Under the pieces are notes generated by a model, which did not search any database, was not told the DNA's origin, and saw only the letters and a list, made by a program, of their open reading frames with translations. This document shows positions 52,006 through 64,000 of a stretch of DNA of 64,000 bases, one piece after another. Each line of letters begins with the position of its first letter. Position 1 is the first letter of the stretch. The position numbers were made by a program, and so were the translations under genes. Origin of the DNA: Octopus vulgaris (Eukaryota); assembly GCA_951406725.2 (NCBI GenBank), contig OX597814.1:168826001-168890000 (forward strand), given 5' to 3'.

Positions 52006-52655
52006 TAAGAAGAAATTAAGTAAAAGGGAAAAACATGCAGTTTAAAGAAGATTAGGTTACTATTTCTAGCATGTTTAAGCAACATGAAAAAGCTTGAAAT
52101 GTAATGTAAATAAGTCAGCGGAGCATGTAACACACTATTATTGATTTAGTATAACAGCAATGTATATATTGTATTGTTATCTTTGTGAATTAGCGTACAT
52201 TTAAATACTATATTATAGCTTTGTAAAATACAATGTAATTTTCAATACTACTTCAATAATGCATAATGATGCACTTCAGAATAATTTTTCACTTAGCTCT
52301 TTCTGAGAGCTAAGAAACACTTCAACTGTGAACACTTGCCAACTCACTTGACTTGTATCTGACCGATTAAGAAATTTTCTCTTATCTCAAAACACCCTCA
52401 ATTTCATGAACCTATACAGTGATGTGCACTTTCTTATTTTCTCTTCTGATGCTTCTGTACCAGACTCCATATATTTTCCATTATTTCATCTCACACAAGG
52501 CAGCCAAGTCTCTACTCTTCAACACCCATATGCTATTTCTTTTTGTGTAGACTCAGAATCAAATATTTTGTGCAGTCCTTCAATCCACACACACACACAA
52601 ACCACACCTAATGGAACTTTATTCACACATGCTGTGATATTATGAATATGTTTAA

Positions 52656-52874
52656 CCCTTTTGTTACAAACCTGGCTGAAACTGGCTCTGGCTCTGAATA
52701 CAAATATCTTGTTATCATAAGTTTTGAATTAAAATCTTCCACCAAACCTTAGTCACAATTTATGTTCCTAACACTAGCTGAATGATAACTAAGTTATTTT
52801 ACTAAATTCTTTGTTATTTAAAATTAATTGAAAGAAACACAAAGCATCTCAAAATAAATTCAGTAACGAAAGGG
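52656..52874. mobile_element. piggyBac-type MITE family 1
   Basis: TTAA|CCCTTTTGTTAC...GTAACGAAAGGG|TTAA. High identity to 9443-9663. Confidence 0.9.
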
Positions 52875-55800
52875 TTAACAACACCAATCTCTCTGGTTCT
52901 CAGAAAGGAAAAAATAAGACACCTTAACACTTTCCCGAAGAGGGTTCCATTCAAACATTTTGAGATACTGCATTTTGAGATTTCTTTTAAATGAAATTTA
53001 ATAAAAATTCATTCTTTAAAAAAATAAGTGGTATTCATCATTTCAAAGTAATTTGTTTATTTACGTTACATGAATAAATTCTCTCTCAAAGAGGTATTTT
53101 TTTTGCATTTAATATTTGAGGTGCCAAGGGTCTATAAAATACAAAGGTAGGTTCTGTGGTAGTTTAAAAGTTGTATAGGGAGTATACAACAAACTAAACT
53201 TAGGAACAGCAGCTCTAAGCCTATGAATATCACTGCAATATGTAGTAACAGTGAAAAACGAAGATGAATAACATGATAAAACAACATTGGATCACCACCT
53301 TCAGCAGTCTGCAGTATATTATATAACATGACAATTTCATTACAGTCTCACAGAAACACCCTAAATAACATTTATAACTTAAATGTCTGCAGTCACAATT
53401 ACAATTTTGTTAAGTGTTAATTTGTGTAGCTTAGAAACTATTGTGCAGTGATAATGCAAGAATACTACATGCTTATGATGTCCATCTCCTTTAATTGTGA
53501 ATGCTTTGGTGACTGCAGTGGAAACAGAGGACGCAGACAACCACAAGGATGACCAGAGAATCATAGTTCTTACTACCTATGCTACGCCAACTGTGTACCC
53601 TTACAAGCAAGGAAATCACAGAAGGGAGAGTGATATTTCATTACCAATGACTTGTGTAATAACCTCAGCTACTGCAATAACAACTACTCCTGAGATTCAA
53701 GATCCATAATCAACACGAGACATTGAGAGTTCATTTCTCAGTATCACCACCTTTGCTGTAAAAGAGATAAGAATGATCTTCAAGCAACTACCGTCACCTC
53801 ACATCTCAAGAGGTTAGTGGAAATCCAGTAACACACACACACACACACACACACGTTATATATTGAATAAACAAAATCAAGATAAGAAATACTTAGAATA
53901 GCAAATTCAAATTTAAATATATCTATTTATATAATGTTTGAAGGATATTGGATTGCTGTTATGAACAAGATAATCACAGAGACTTTGTGATATTATAGGA
54001 GTAGCAGCAGAGTTTACAGTTTGATACTTAACTGTTCTGAAATGCAATCTTCTCAGAGCAATCTTGCTTTACATAAATAATCTCAGGGGTCTTACAAATC
54101 AAGTAGCAATAATGTAAATGCCTAATGGAATAGAACTTTAAGCAAATGGCGGGCTACCATTGAGGACATTATCATTTACCCACTTGAACTAGAACACACA
54201 CACACAACATAAATATATACAACACATGCAGGCCAAAATATACAGTGTCCCTGCCATTGTATCAGACACTATAGTAATGGAGGTGGTCAATGCCACATTG
54301 AAGGAATAAAAGGGGATAACAAGAACAAATTAACAAAGACAAAATTAGTGGGCCTGGTAATCAGAACTAGACTGGCAAGTCCATGCCAGCCAGCATTGTG
54401 AGTCACTGGACTGACAGTACTATTAAAGAGCCTTGAGGCTGGTTCAGGCCAGACCTCCAGGAAAATGGGAATGAAGACGAGGCTATAAGCTGGGTGGCTT
54501 GTGTCACTTAAAAAGAGCTGAATAAAGCTATCTCTGAAAGGTTGACAGAGATGGTGAATGCATACAGCACCTCTATTATTTATTATGATCTGGCAGTTGT
54601 ATGTTGTCCTGCTTTCAATACAACAGATTGGAGCATCTGGTCTTTCACTCTTTGTGAAAATGAAATGTTGTAGTGGTTAGAAGATGGCTCAGAATATTGC
54701 AGATGATGCACAAGCATGTGCTAAGGAATTGGCATCTGCTGAAATTCCTAGACAGAGAGGTGTAGTCACTAATTTTGAGGCATATTCTCCTGCAGCTTGT
54801 CTTTTTGACTGGGTGGCAAGAATTTTAAAAAACTGAAACAAGAAAAAGCGGTTAACACTCCATCCATTCATATCATCTCTTCAACTCCATCCTCTGATAG
54901 TGGTTGGGGTAGTAGAATACAGCTTATTGCAATGATAAAATAAACTTCCTTGCTAAACTGACACACTTGCTATTTACATTCACAGCGGTGATTTTGAAAA
55001 AAGTTTGATAACATATACACACATTGAGGGTATCTTATTCTTAGCTTCAATGAATAATTTTTTATTCACAGATCAAAATAAACTAAGATGGTATCAAAAC
55101 AAATATACACATGTGCATGCACACACAATGAGTGGATCACCATCCTAAACATAAAGAAGTATTAGGATAATTAAATTAATCATTATCATGTTAAGTATTA
55201 TATTCAGAGACTTAGACTGCAGTAAATAATAGCAAAAATAGGTACTCAAGCTTGATGAGAGACAACCTAGGCTAGAATGTAAAATTGGTCAAATAAGATA
55301 AGGTCATGTGCTGTGGAGAAGGAGGGGGAAATGTGATGGGTTTTTTTTTCTTTTTGAAGATATATAGCATAAGTTTGCACTGGATACCATAAATGTAATT
55401 GAGGAAAGTCAGAAAAAAGTAGGGTTAAGTAGAGAAGGCCAGGCATAATTGGGTTGTAGGTCAATAGCCTCATTGGCTGCCGTCACACACATACATATGC
55501 AAACAAATATATACTACTAATTATTGTTCAGTAACAGCCTTATATCATTATGTAAATAAGCTGTGTCAGACAGTCTGTTTCATTTTTGATATGTAGTCTT
55601 CTGCCACCATCAACAAGCATTTGGGGAGGGGAGGAGAGCAAGACCCAGACTGCTGTAATGACTTTCAGTGGACACTAATTTTACAGTAAACCTAAATACA
55701 TATGACTATTCTTTTATTCTTTCACTAGTTTCAGTCATTTGACTGTGGCTATGCTGGAGCACCACCTTAATTAGTTTTAGTCGAAGAAATTGACCCTAGG

Positions 55801-56173
55801 ACCTATTCTTTATAAGCCTAGTACTTATTCTATCGGACTCTTTTGCCAAACTTACAGGAACATAAACATACCAGCATCGTTTGTAAAGGGCAATGGGGTG
55901 GCGTGGGGGGAGAGAAACACAGACCCCCCACATACATAAATACACACACACACACACACACATATAACAAAGTAGAGTTGTAAGATACCGCACGAGTGGA
56001 AATATATATGAAAGAAAGTTTGAAAATGCAATTTTAAAGATGTTTATTCACTTGACCGATTTCACATTTTTAGAAAAAGATTGTCAAAAGAAAAATGTAA
56101 AGCTTTGTATAAGCTTTGTTGTGTTAAGTACTGGTTGCCACGAAAGTATTAAAATACATATATACATTCTTTG

Positions 56174-56212
<39 letters not shown>

Positions 56213-56499
56213 TGTTAAAAACAGTTTACAACTTTTTACCACACAGCCATACTTGTGCCTATATGTATATAAATCATGTGTGTGTACTATTTATATTCTC
56301 AATTCTTGCATGTGTGTATTTCTTTTTACACTTGTAAACTGACTGGTCTTTTATCACTTTGAATACTTTTTGTGTACATTTACACACACAAAGCAAGATG
56401 TTAAGAAGGAAGAAAGACAAATTTCTATGTAGATGTGTGCACACAGATGCAACACACATGCACGCTTCCAGATATTGGTTACTGTTTTTTTTTTTTTTT

Positions 56500-57130
56500 T
56501 GCAAAACGAACATTTCAGAGTGTTTGGGTGTCAACCTGAGGACATGTACCAAGAGTGACCACTAATGATGGCAATTTTATGCCTCCATTCATCTTCCCAC
56601 ATAGCCTTAAACACAACATGGAGGCCTACATCAAGTGCCTGGAGAAGGTAGTGCTGTCCTGGGTCAAGAGGGTGGCTGCTGGAAGATCCTATGTCTAGCA
56701 ACAGGACTCTGCACCATGCCACACAAGCAGGAGAACCCAGTCATGGCTGTCACACAATTTCTGTGACCACATCACCCCCAACATCTGGCAACCTAACTCC
56801 TCAGATGGCAACCTCCTTGATTATTATGTGTGGGGCACAGTTGTGTGAGAGACCAACAAAACTCCTTGTAACACCAAAGATGAACAGAAAGCAAGGATTA
56901 TGGAAGCATTCACTAACTTAAACAAGGAGACCATCCAGAAGAGTTGCAGAAGATTCTAAAGTCGTCTGGAGGCCGTGATTGAAGCCAATGGTGATTTTAT
57001 TGAATAAATTTTCTCTTTAGTATTTCAAGATATTTTTATGTAATTTTGGTAAATATATCTGCTAAAATGAGCTGCCAGTGTTATTTTCATGTTTGCGTAA
57101 TTTAGACAACAGTTTATTCACTGCACCCTG
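56500..57130 (+). mobile_element. Second copy of the deleted DD37D maT-like mariner (5' end lost)
   Basis: Colinear with 10815-11724 and ends ttattcactgcaccctg|TA. Confidence 0.85.
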
Positions 57131-58510
57131 TATATAAAGCATATCAAACTACAAAGGGATGGGGGATATTTTAGTAAATAATGGTAAAATGAATCTAACA
57201 CAGAATACATTAATTAATCTTCCAAGCATAAAAGGACTCAATATAAGTAGTTGCTGAGGGTTTATTTACTCCTGCATGATCTCACTTATGTGTGCTTATT
57301 CAGGAAATTAAATGATATCTCATTACACATACACACATCGTCTCTCTCTCTCTCCCCATTGTATACAGAGTTGTATATCAAATGATGTTTTAATCACTGG
57401 CCTACACCCATATGTATCAAACATTCACGTACAAGGAGAGGGGTGAGAGAGAGAGACAGGCATACAGGTACATATCACCTTTCTTCCTCACCTAACCAAC
57501 AGAAGAAATATTATTTAATGACCTTATAAAATTGCTACTTCATTATATTTTATTGGAAGAGCAGTTTCAGTATCGGCTGGTGAGAATAACTAAAGTTTAT
57601 ACAAGTGGCTAGTTGCTAGGGAACAAGAGACAGAGATAGAGAGAGGTAGCTTTTGTTAAAAGAGAATGCTCATTGATAAATATGTACATACATTGAGTGC
57701 TTGCACACATCTAATTTAGTCAGTGTTAGCATATTTAAGGTAGTGAGCATTAAATGCCTAATTAGAAAAAAGTTAAGCAGTGAATTTTGTTGTATCTTTG
57801 GAGGGTCATTATGCCTATAATAAACACATATACTGGTTCTATTTCACTTCTTTATTATTTGTCAATTGGTTAACATTTAACCAATTAACTCGTGGATGGT
57901 TTGATTAATTTGTTAAGTCAGTCAATCAAATCAAGCAATCAGCTGTGTTTTGACAGGGTAAACTGCTAATGAGTTACGGTTGGTGGGTTTCCACTTTTTA
58001 TGACAAAAGTTGTAAAATATAAACTTTAATTTGTTCATTTCAAATTTTGATAAAATTTGCTAAATGAGGAGAGACAAGTTCTGAAGGTAGCCCTTAACAA
58101 GTCCTTTTGTTGCTACTCGTGGCCTCATCAATGACATGCCTTCTCTACTCCAAGTCTGCTAAAAGGAATTATGCATTGAAGAATGATAATTAACCCTTTT
58201 GATACCAATCTACCTGCCCAAGATGGCCTCTGGTTCCCTGATACAAAACTCCCCTTGTACATGGCCTTATACATGGACATATGTATGACCTCTGTAGTAT
58301 GCACACACATACACACACCATGAGTGAGAGACAGAGGGAAAGAGAGAGAGAGAGAAGTGGGGGAGAAAGATGGATAGACAGACAGCTATGGTAACTATTG
58401 CAAAACTTAAGAAAAAATTCTTCCATACACAGATGATAGAGTTAGATGATTCTTATTCTGTGCTTCTATATATACACACACATACATAAATATATATATA
58501 TATTTATATA

Positions 58511-59786
58511 CAGGGTGGGTGCAAAGTAACTAGGCATTAGAAATTGCTTATAAAATTTTCAGTATCACTTAAGTCATGACGAAAACGTTTTTTAAACAGA
58601 CAACACTAATGGGATTTTCTTATTTTCTTATTTTCCAGATGGCTGGTCACTTGACTGTTCAGGAGCAAGCTAAAATAGCAGCATGCAATGAAGTATGGAA
58701 TTCCATTGTTTTGGTTCAGAGATAGTGGCATGCATGGAAAGGTAATCATGCAACACTATGTCCTGAGATAATAAGAAGTTGTCATGCACAGCTGATGACC
58801 ACGGGGCTCTGTGAACAATGCAAGAAGTGGCTGTCCAACCACATCCTGATAAGCAGAGTACAAGGCAACATTGCAGGAAATGTTTAATCACAACCCACAA
58901 AATTTAACACAGCAAACAGCTTGTGAAAGTGGACTAACAAGACACACAATATATACGGTGTGGCATAAAGAATTGAATTTTTGTCTGTGGAAACTCCATT
59001 ATGTACAGGAAGACTGTGATCACAGAATGGAATATAGAGAGTTAATGCTAGGTTGGCATAAAGATTGGCCTGAATTGTTTGAAAACACCCTCTGGAGTGA
59101 CGAGGCTGTATTCCATGTCGGTGGTTTCATCAACTGCCATTACTTGGCGTCATGTGTTAAGGATCCAAACATGATGGTTGAGAGGATTCAAGCTCGACCA
59201 AAAGTAACTGTGTAGTGCGGAATGACGGCAACAAGAGTTGTTGGTTCATATCTTCTGCGTGACACCCTGAGTATGGACTGCTATCTTCAGATGCTAGAAA
59301 ATTATGTGCGGCCCACAGTGTCTGGCTAGGATAACATTGGTGACCTGATATTCATGCCATATGGTGCACCACCCTATTTTGCTCTTACTGTGTGTGGTTA
59401 GGACCAACATTTTCCAGGATGTTGGATGGGACAATGTGGATCTCATGAATGGTCTCCAAGAAGTCCAGATCTCACTCCATGTGATTTTTACCTGTGGTGT
59501 TACACAAAAGAGGTGTACAACTCCTCACACGCAGAACTTGGAGACACAGATTCAGGAGGTTCTCAATGATATCCCAGACAACGTCCTTCAGAAGGTTGTT
59601 CATTCCATCCCTGGCTGTTTGAGGAAACTGGTTAGGGTTAGAGTTAGGATGCTTACATTGAAATATGAAGATTTACTTTCATTTTCCCATGTAATAAGGA
59701 ACATGTATCATTTGTTTCAATAAATTTGAAAAAAGGAATATGGATTTTACTAATTTTTAATGCCTACTTACTTTTCACCCACCTTG
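58511..59786 (+). mobile_element. Full-length decayed Tc1/mariner transposon (rosa/DD41D-like) with transposase pseudogene
   Basis: TA|cagggtgggtgcaaagtaactaggcatta...taatgcctacttacttttcacccaccttg|TA TIRs. Remnants MAGHLTVQEQAKI, LWSDEAVFHVGG, GAPPYF and WSPRSPDLTPCDFYLW, with frameshifts and stops. The D-D spacing is reconstructed across frameshifts. Confidence 0.88.
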
Positions 59787-59856
59787 TACACACACACACA
59801 CATATAAGTATTTATACTTTTGTGTGTGTGTACATACATATACACACACACATATA

Positions 59857-59908
<52 letters not shown>

Positions 59909-60491
59909 AACATACATACATTAAAGGCAGTGTTCCAGCATGGTCTTGGCTTAAACAAACTAAAGATCACACAGCTGTAACACAAGTACTAACAATTTAC
60001 TCTTATAACAAACAGTACTTGGCACTAACTAAAACCGAAGTATGTTCTGCTCTCTATTTTCTTTTCTTTCTCTTTTTTAACTAAATAAAAACAGACATCA
60101 ATTACTGTTGTACAAAATGTTTAGCTCTACTTTTAGATAGATCTCTGTTCAATGTCTGCCAGCAGTAAATACCTCTGTTTATATTACACACACATACACC
60201 ATCATCATCATTTTGTTTTACTTGTTTTAGTCAGTGAACTATGGCCATGCTGGGGCACTGCCTTGAAGGGTGTAATAAAATAAATCAACCCCAGTACTTA
60301 GTTTACATATATATATATAAGGAAAACTCAATCGTTTACGACGACAAGGGTCCCAGCTGATACGATAACGGAACAGCCAACTCATGAAATTAACGTGCAA
60401 GTGACTGAGCAATCCACAGACAACACGTCACCGGGAATCGAACTCATGCGTGGCTTAGTGGTTAGAGCATTTGGTTCACAATATCTATCTA

Positions 60492-60531
<40 letters not shown>

Positions 60532-61571
60532 TATATGTGTGTGTGTGATGAGCTTCTTTCAGTTTCCATCTACCAAATCCATTCACAAGGTTTGGGACTA
60601 TAGCAGAAGGCACTTTGCCCAAGGTGCTTCACAGTGGGACTGAACCCAGAACCATGTGGTAAGGAATTAAACTTCTTACCATACAGCCATGCCTGCACCT
60701 ATACATCCATATATACATAACACACATACACACACATGTGAGGCATCGTTAACTTGTTTTTTTCACTCTGTTTATCCTTTATCTCTCTTTCTTACTTCAG
60801 CTATTTGCTTGCATATATTTTCCCACCACTGTAAGTAACTTTGTTAATCAAGATATTTATTATGTGAATTATTTTAATTTTGGTAATTTTATATTTCTCT
60901 TCCCCATCTCTCTACCTCCTCCACCATGAATTCTATGTAAGGGAGGAAGAATTTTTGTAATTCATAACAACAATTTCAGATGATAGATTCTTATTTGCAA
61001 GAAAAGGTTGTTGTTTTGTGGTTTGAGGCAGGTGACAAATCTTCCACCTATCATCCTTTTATATTCTGTAGACAAAAATCTCTTTTTACCTAACAAACTG
61101 TTACTATAATTCTAACAAGCTACAAGGGTAGTCTTCAGTGATACAACAGCGAGTCTAATAATGATTTCCAACAGTTCATTTATTTTGTAAGAGGAAACAG
61201 TCAAATTAATTGAAACAGTCAAATTAATTGATTCTATTCCACAATTGGCATTTAATTCATTCAACCCCCAGAAAGATAAAAAAACAATATCAAATCTGGT
61301 TGGATTTGAACTTGTAGTGGGGCTTCTGTGCTTTTGACTCATCATACATACATGCACTATTACATTGCCTAGATATAAAAAAAAACAGGCAAATGCAGCA
61401 TTTTAGATTTAAAAAAATTAAGGCAAAAACTATTTCAGTAGGTTTTCTTCCCTTTTGGTAAATGTGTCTTCAGAATTGGTTGAAGTAGTTAGGCAGTTCA
61501 GACAGTCATGTGAGGAGAGAGCAAAGGGAGAGAAGAGTGAGATGATAGTGGGGTACAGTGATGTGTATAAC

Positions 61572-61620
61572 TGAAGTGGGACCCGCCCACTCACTCTATC
61601 CAGTCCTGGGTCCCACTTCA
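61572..61620. other. GC-rich hairpin in unique sequence
   Basis: tgaagtgggaccc / gggtcccacttca form a perfect 13-bp stem with a 23-nt loop. Confidence 0.7.
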
Positions 61621-62659
61621 CATCTTCACCAGCTTCTCTCCCCTCTTCTCTCTTTCTTCCCTACTGAGAGGGTAGCCATGTATCCCCTTTATTGTAAAAT
61701 GCCCATTTCTGTTCCTCTACCCCTACTCTAACCTCCAATCACCTGGCATCTTCTTAAATACTATCTCACCTCCCAGTCAAGGTCTTTTGTCACAGTGACC
61801 CTTCTGGTGCTACATAAAAAGCACCCAGTCCACTCTGTAAAGTGGTTGGTGTTAGAAAGGGCATTTGACTGTAGAAACCATGCCAAAGTAGACAGTAGAG
61901 TTTGGTACAATCTTCTGACTTGACAACACCTCTCAAATTATCCAGCCCATGCCAGCATAGAAAATGGACACATGATGATGATGGTTAGCCTACATTACTC
62001 TGTAAGGAGCATAGGGCCAATTTGTCCTAGATTACTTATGTTTACCAGCTGAGTGGCCTGGAGCAATGTAAAATGAAGTGCTTGACTGAAGAATGCAACA
62101 CATCATCCGGTCTAGGAATTGAAAATACAATCTTACGATCCTGAGTCCAACACCCTAACCAATAAGCCATGCACCTCCAAGATGATGATAATGAAACCTG
62201 ACTGAAATTGAGATCCTAAAATAACCAATTAAACCTGACTAAAAATAAGTGCTCCTTGGAACCTGTTTTGGCGACAGTAAATCTATAATATGATTTGCAA
62301 TTCTCATATTTAGAATTTGACAACTTAGCATGGCTAATAAAGCCAAAGTCAACAAGCATGCTTCAAATAAGCTCTCACCTCACACTCTCACTTCTCTCTT
62401 ATATACACATACTAACAACATCTTAAATAATCTCTCCTTATTCATAACGAAGTGTATGAACTTTAAATGCTATCCTAAATATTGTCATGTATTAAATGTA
62501 TACAGAACAAAGTTCTGTTCTTGTCGGTGAATTAAATTATGTTATAAAAATGGAAGTGTTCTTCTCATCTATTACTACAATGCTGACAGCCTGCTATTTC
62601 TAGTAAGCTGCATTTCTCTATTCAACTTGATATGAAATGATAATAGTTGTCATTCATTA

Positions 62660-63015
62660 TGTTTTATTTCAGTTATTGGAACCCTTAAGGAGTTTTAGTT
62701 GAACAAAGTAACCCCAGTATTAATTTTAAAAACCTGGCACTTATTTTGTCAATCTCTTTTGCTGAACTGTTAAGTTACAGGGATGCAAACAAACCAACAT
62801 GGTTGTCAAGCAGTAGTGGGGATAAACACAAAGACACACACACACACACACAACAAGCTTCTTTCAGTTTCTTTTCCCCAAATCCACTCACTAAGCTTTG
62901 GTTGATCTGGGGCTATAGTAAAAAAAAACATTTGCCCAAGGTACCATACAGTAGGACTGAACCCAAAATCATGTGGCTGAGAAGCAAACTTCTTACCACA
63001 CAGGTACATGTGCCT
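62660..63015 (-). mobile_element. SINE family B, diverged
   Basis: Colinear with the reverse complement of 46753-47154. Confidence 0.7.
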
Positions 63016-63404
63016 GTCACAAACATGATATCACTTACAAACTCAAAACATACAGGGGACATCATTAAGGACCATAAGCCACTTTACCATATTCCATCTC
63101 AATAATAATAAGTGGGAGAAGTGGGGGAGAAAATAACAAAAAGGAAAAAATTCAAAAGAAGACTCTATTCAATTAAACCATGCTAATTAACAAAACCTAA
63201 AACAGAAGGAGGCTACCATCAGAACGCATCTCTTTCCATTTTGAAAATTTATATCAAAATTATATCAAAATTTAAAATAACAGTAGAGCTTCAGCATTAC
63301 TGCACCTCTGGAGCTGAAACTAGTAAAGGAAATAATAATAGTAAATAAATAAATGAATTAAAGTTTGTACTTTACAACTTCTGCTAGAAGTGAATACCTA
63401 GCAA

Positions 63405-63624
63405 CCTTAACTCTAAATCTGTATCAGTTTACCTTATCAAATGTAATGTTATTTTATTCACACTATTGTTTTACCAAGTAGCTGTGAGATTTTGATGATG
63501 TGATTGTTCATTTTTAGAATAACATTGTAGAGTAGGTGTGAGAGGCCAGATCTGGCCAATTTTAACTTATCATAAAGCAGGTAGAAAATTAGGGCTGGCT
63601 ACGATTAGTTTAAAGCCTAACAGG
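63405..63624. mobile_element. MITE family 2, diverged
   Basis: acattgtagagtaggtgtgagaggccagatctggcc core; ends cagg|ttaa. Confidence 0.6.
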
Positions 63625-64000
63625 TTAATGTACTGCTTCCTACTACACTAGCCCATGAGCAACGTTCTCTCTAAGCCGTGTGCTAGTGTACACACACACA
63701 CACACACACTTTACAACTGGTACACAAAGGGAAGCAAAATGTGTACACACAAAGTTTTCAAGATGAACTTGAACTTCTTTTAAATGAAGAAACTTGGGCA
63801 ATGCCAAAAGAGACAAAATTTACACAAAAAATTTCTGCACACATCTACATTAAGAAAATTAGAGGGTGCCCACGAGTCATGATTTCTTTTACCCATTTTC
63901 CATCAGGTCTTGCAAAAAGGGCCACAAGCATTGTTCTTCCTCTTCTGACTGGCCTACAATCCCCTTCTACCAAAAAATAAACTAATCAAATTCTATTCTG

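Noticed and set aside
54684-54836. Short ORFs on both strands (MAQNIADDAQ.. / FFKILATQ..)
   Set aside because: No recognisable domain and no convincing donor-acceptor pair.
61194-61231. 18-bp tandem duplication gaaacagtcaaattaatt
   Set aside because: An ordinary local slippage duplication with no further structure.

Overview
AT-rich, microsatellite-dense eukaryotic DNA. The repeat landscape resembles a coleoid cephalopod (Octopus-like); this is inferred, not proven. The only host coding sequence I can support is one 51-nt minus-strand exon (3846-3896) encoding (R)LQRELAEITVDPPPNC(S), the helix-1 exon of a UBE2E-class ubiquitin-conjugating enzyme. Most or all of the window is therefore probably intron of a large minus-strand gene. 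The rest is layered transposon debris: at least three tRNA-derived SINE families, RTE and R4/Dong LINE 3' ends, two Tc1/mariner families (DD37D maT-like, DD41D rosa-like), TTAA piggyBac-type MITEs, hAT MITEs and a non-autonomous Helitron. The most notable signal is a set of minimal type-I hammerhead ribozyme motifs from several unrelated Penelope-like short elements. One has an intact catalytic core, lies about 500 nt upstream of the UBE2E exon and is in the sense of the host transcript. Two others form a 164-bp palindrome. Nearly all listed ORFs are spurious translations of repeats.
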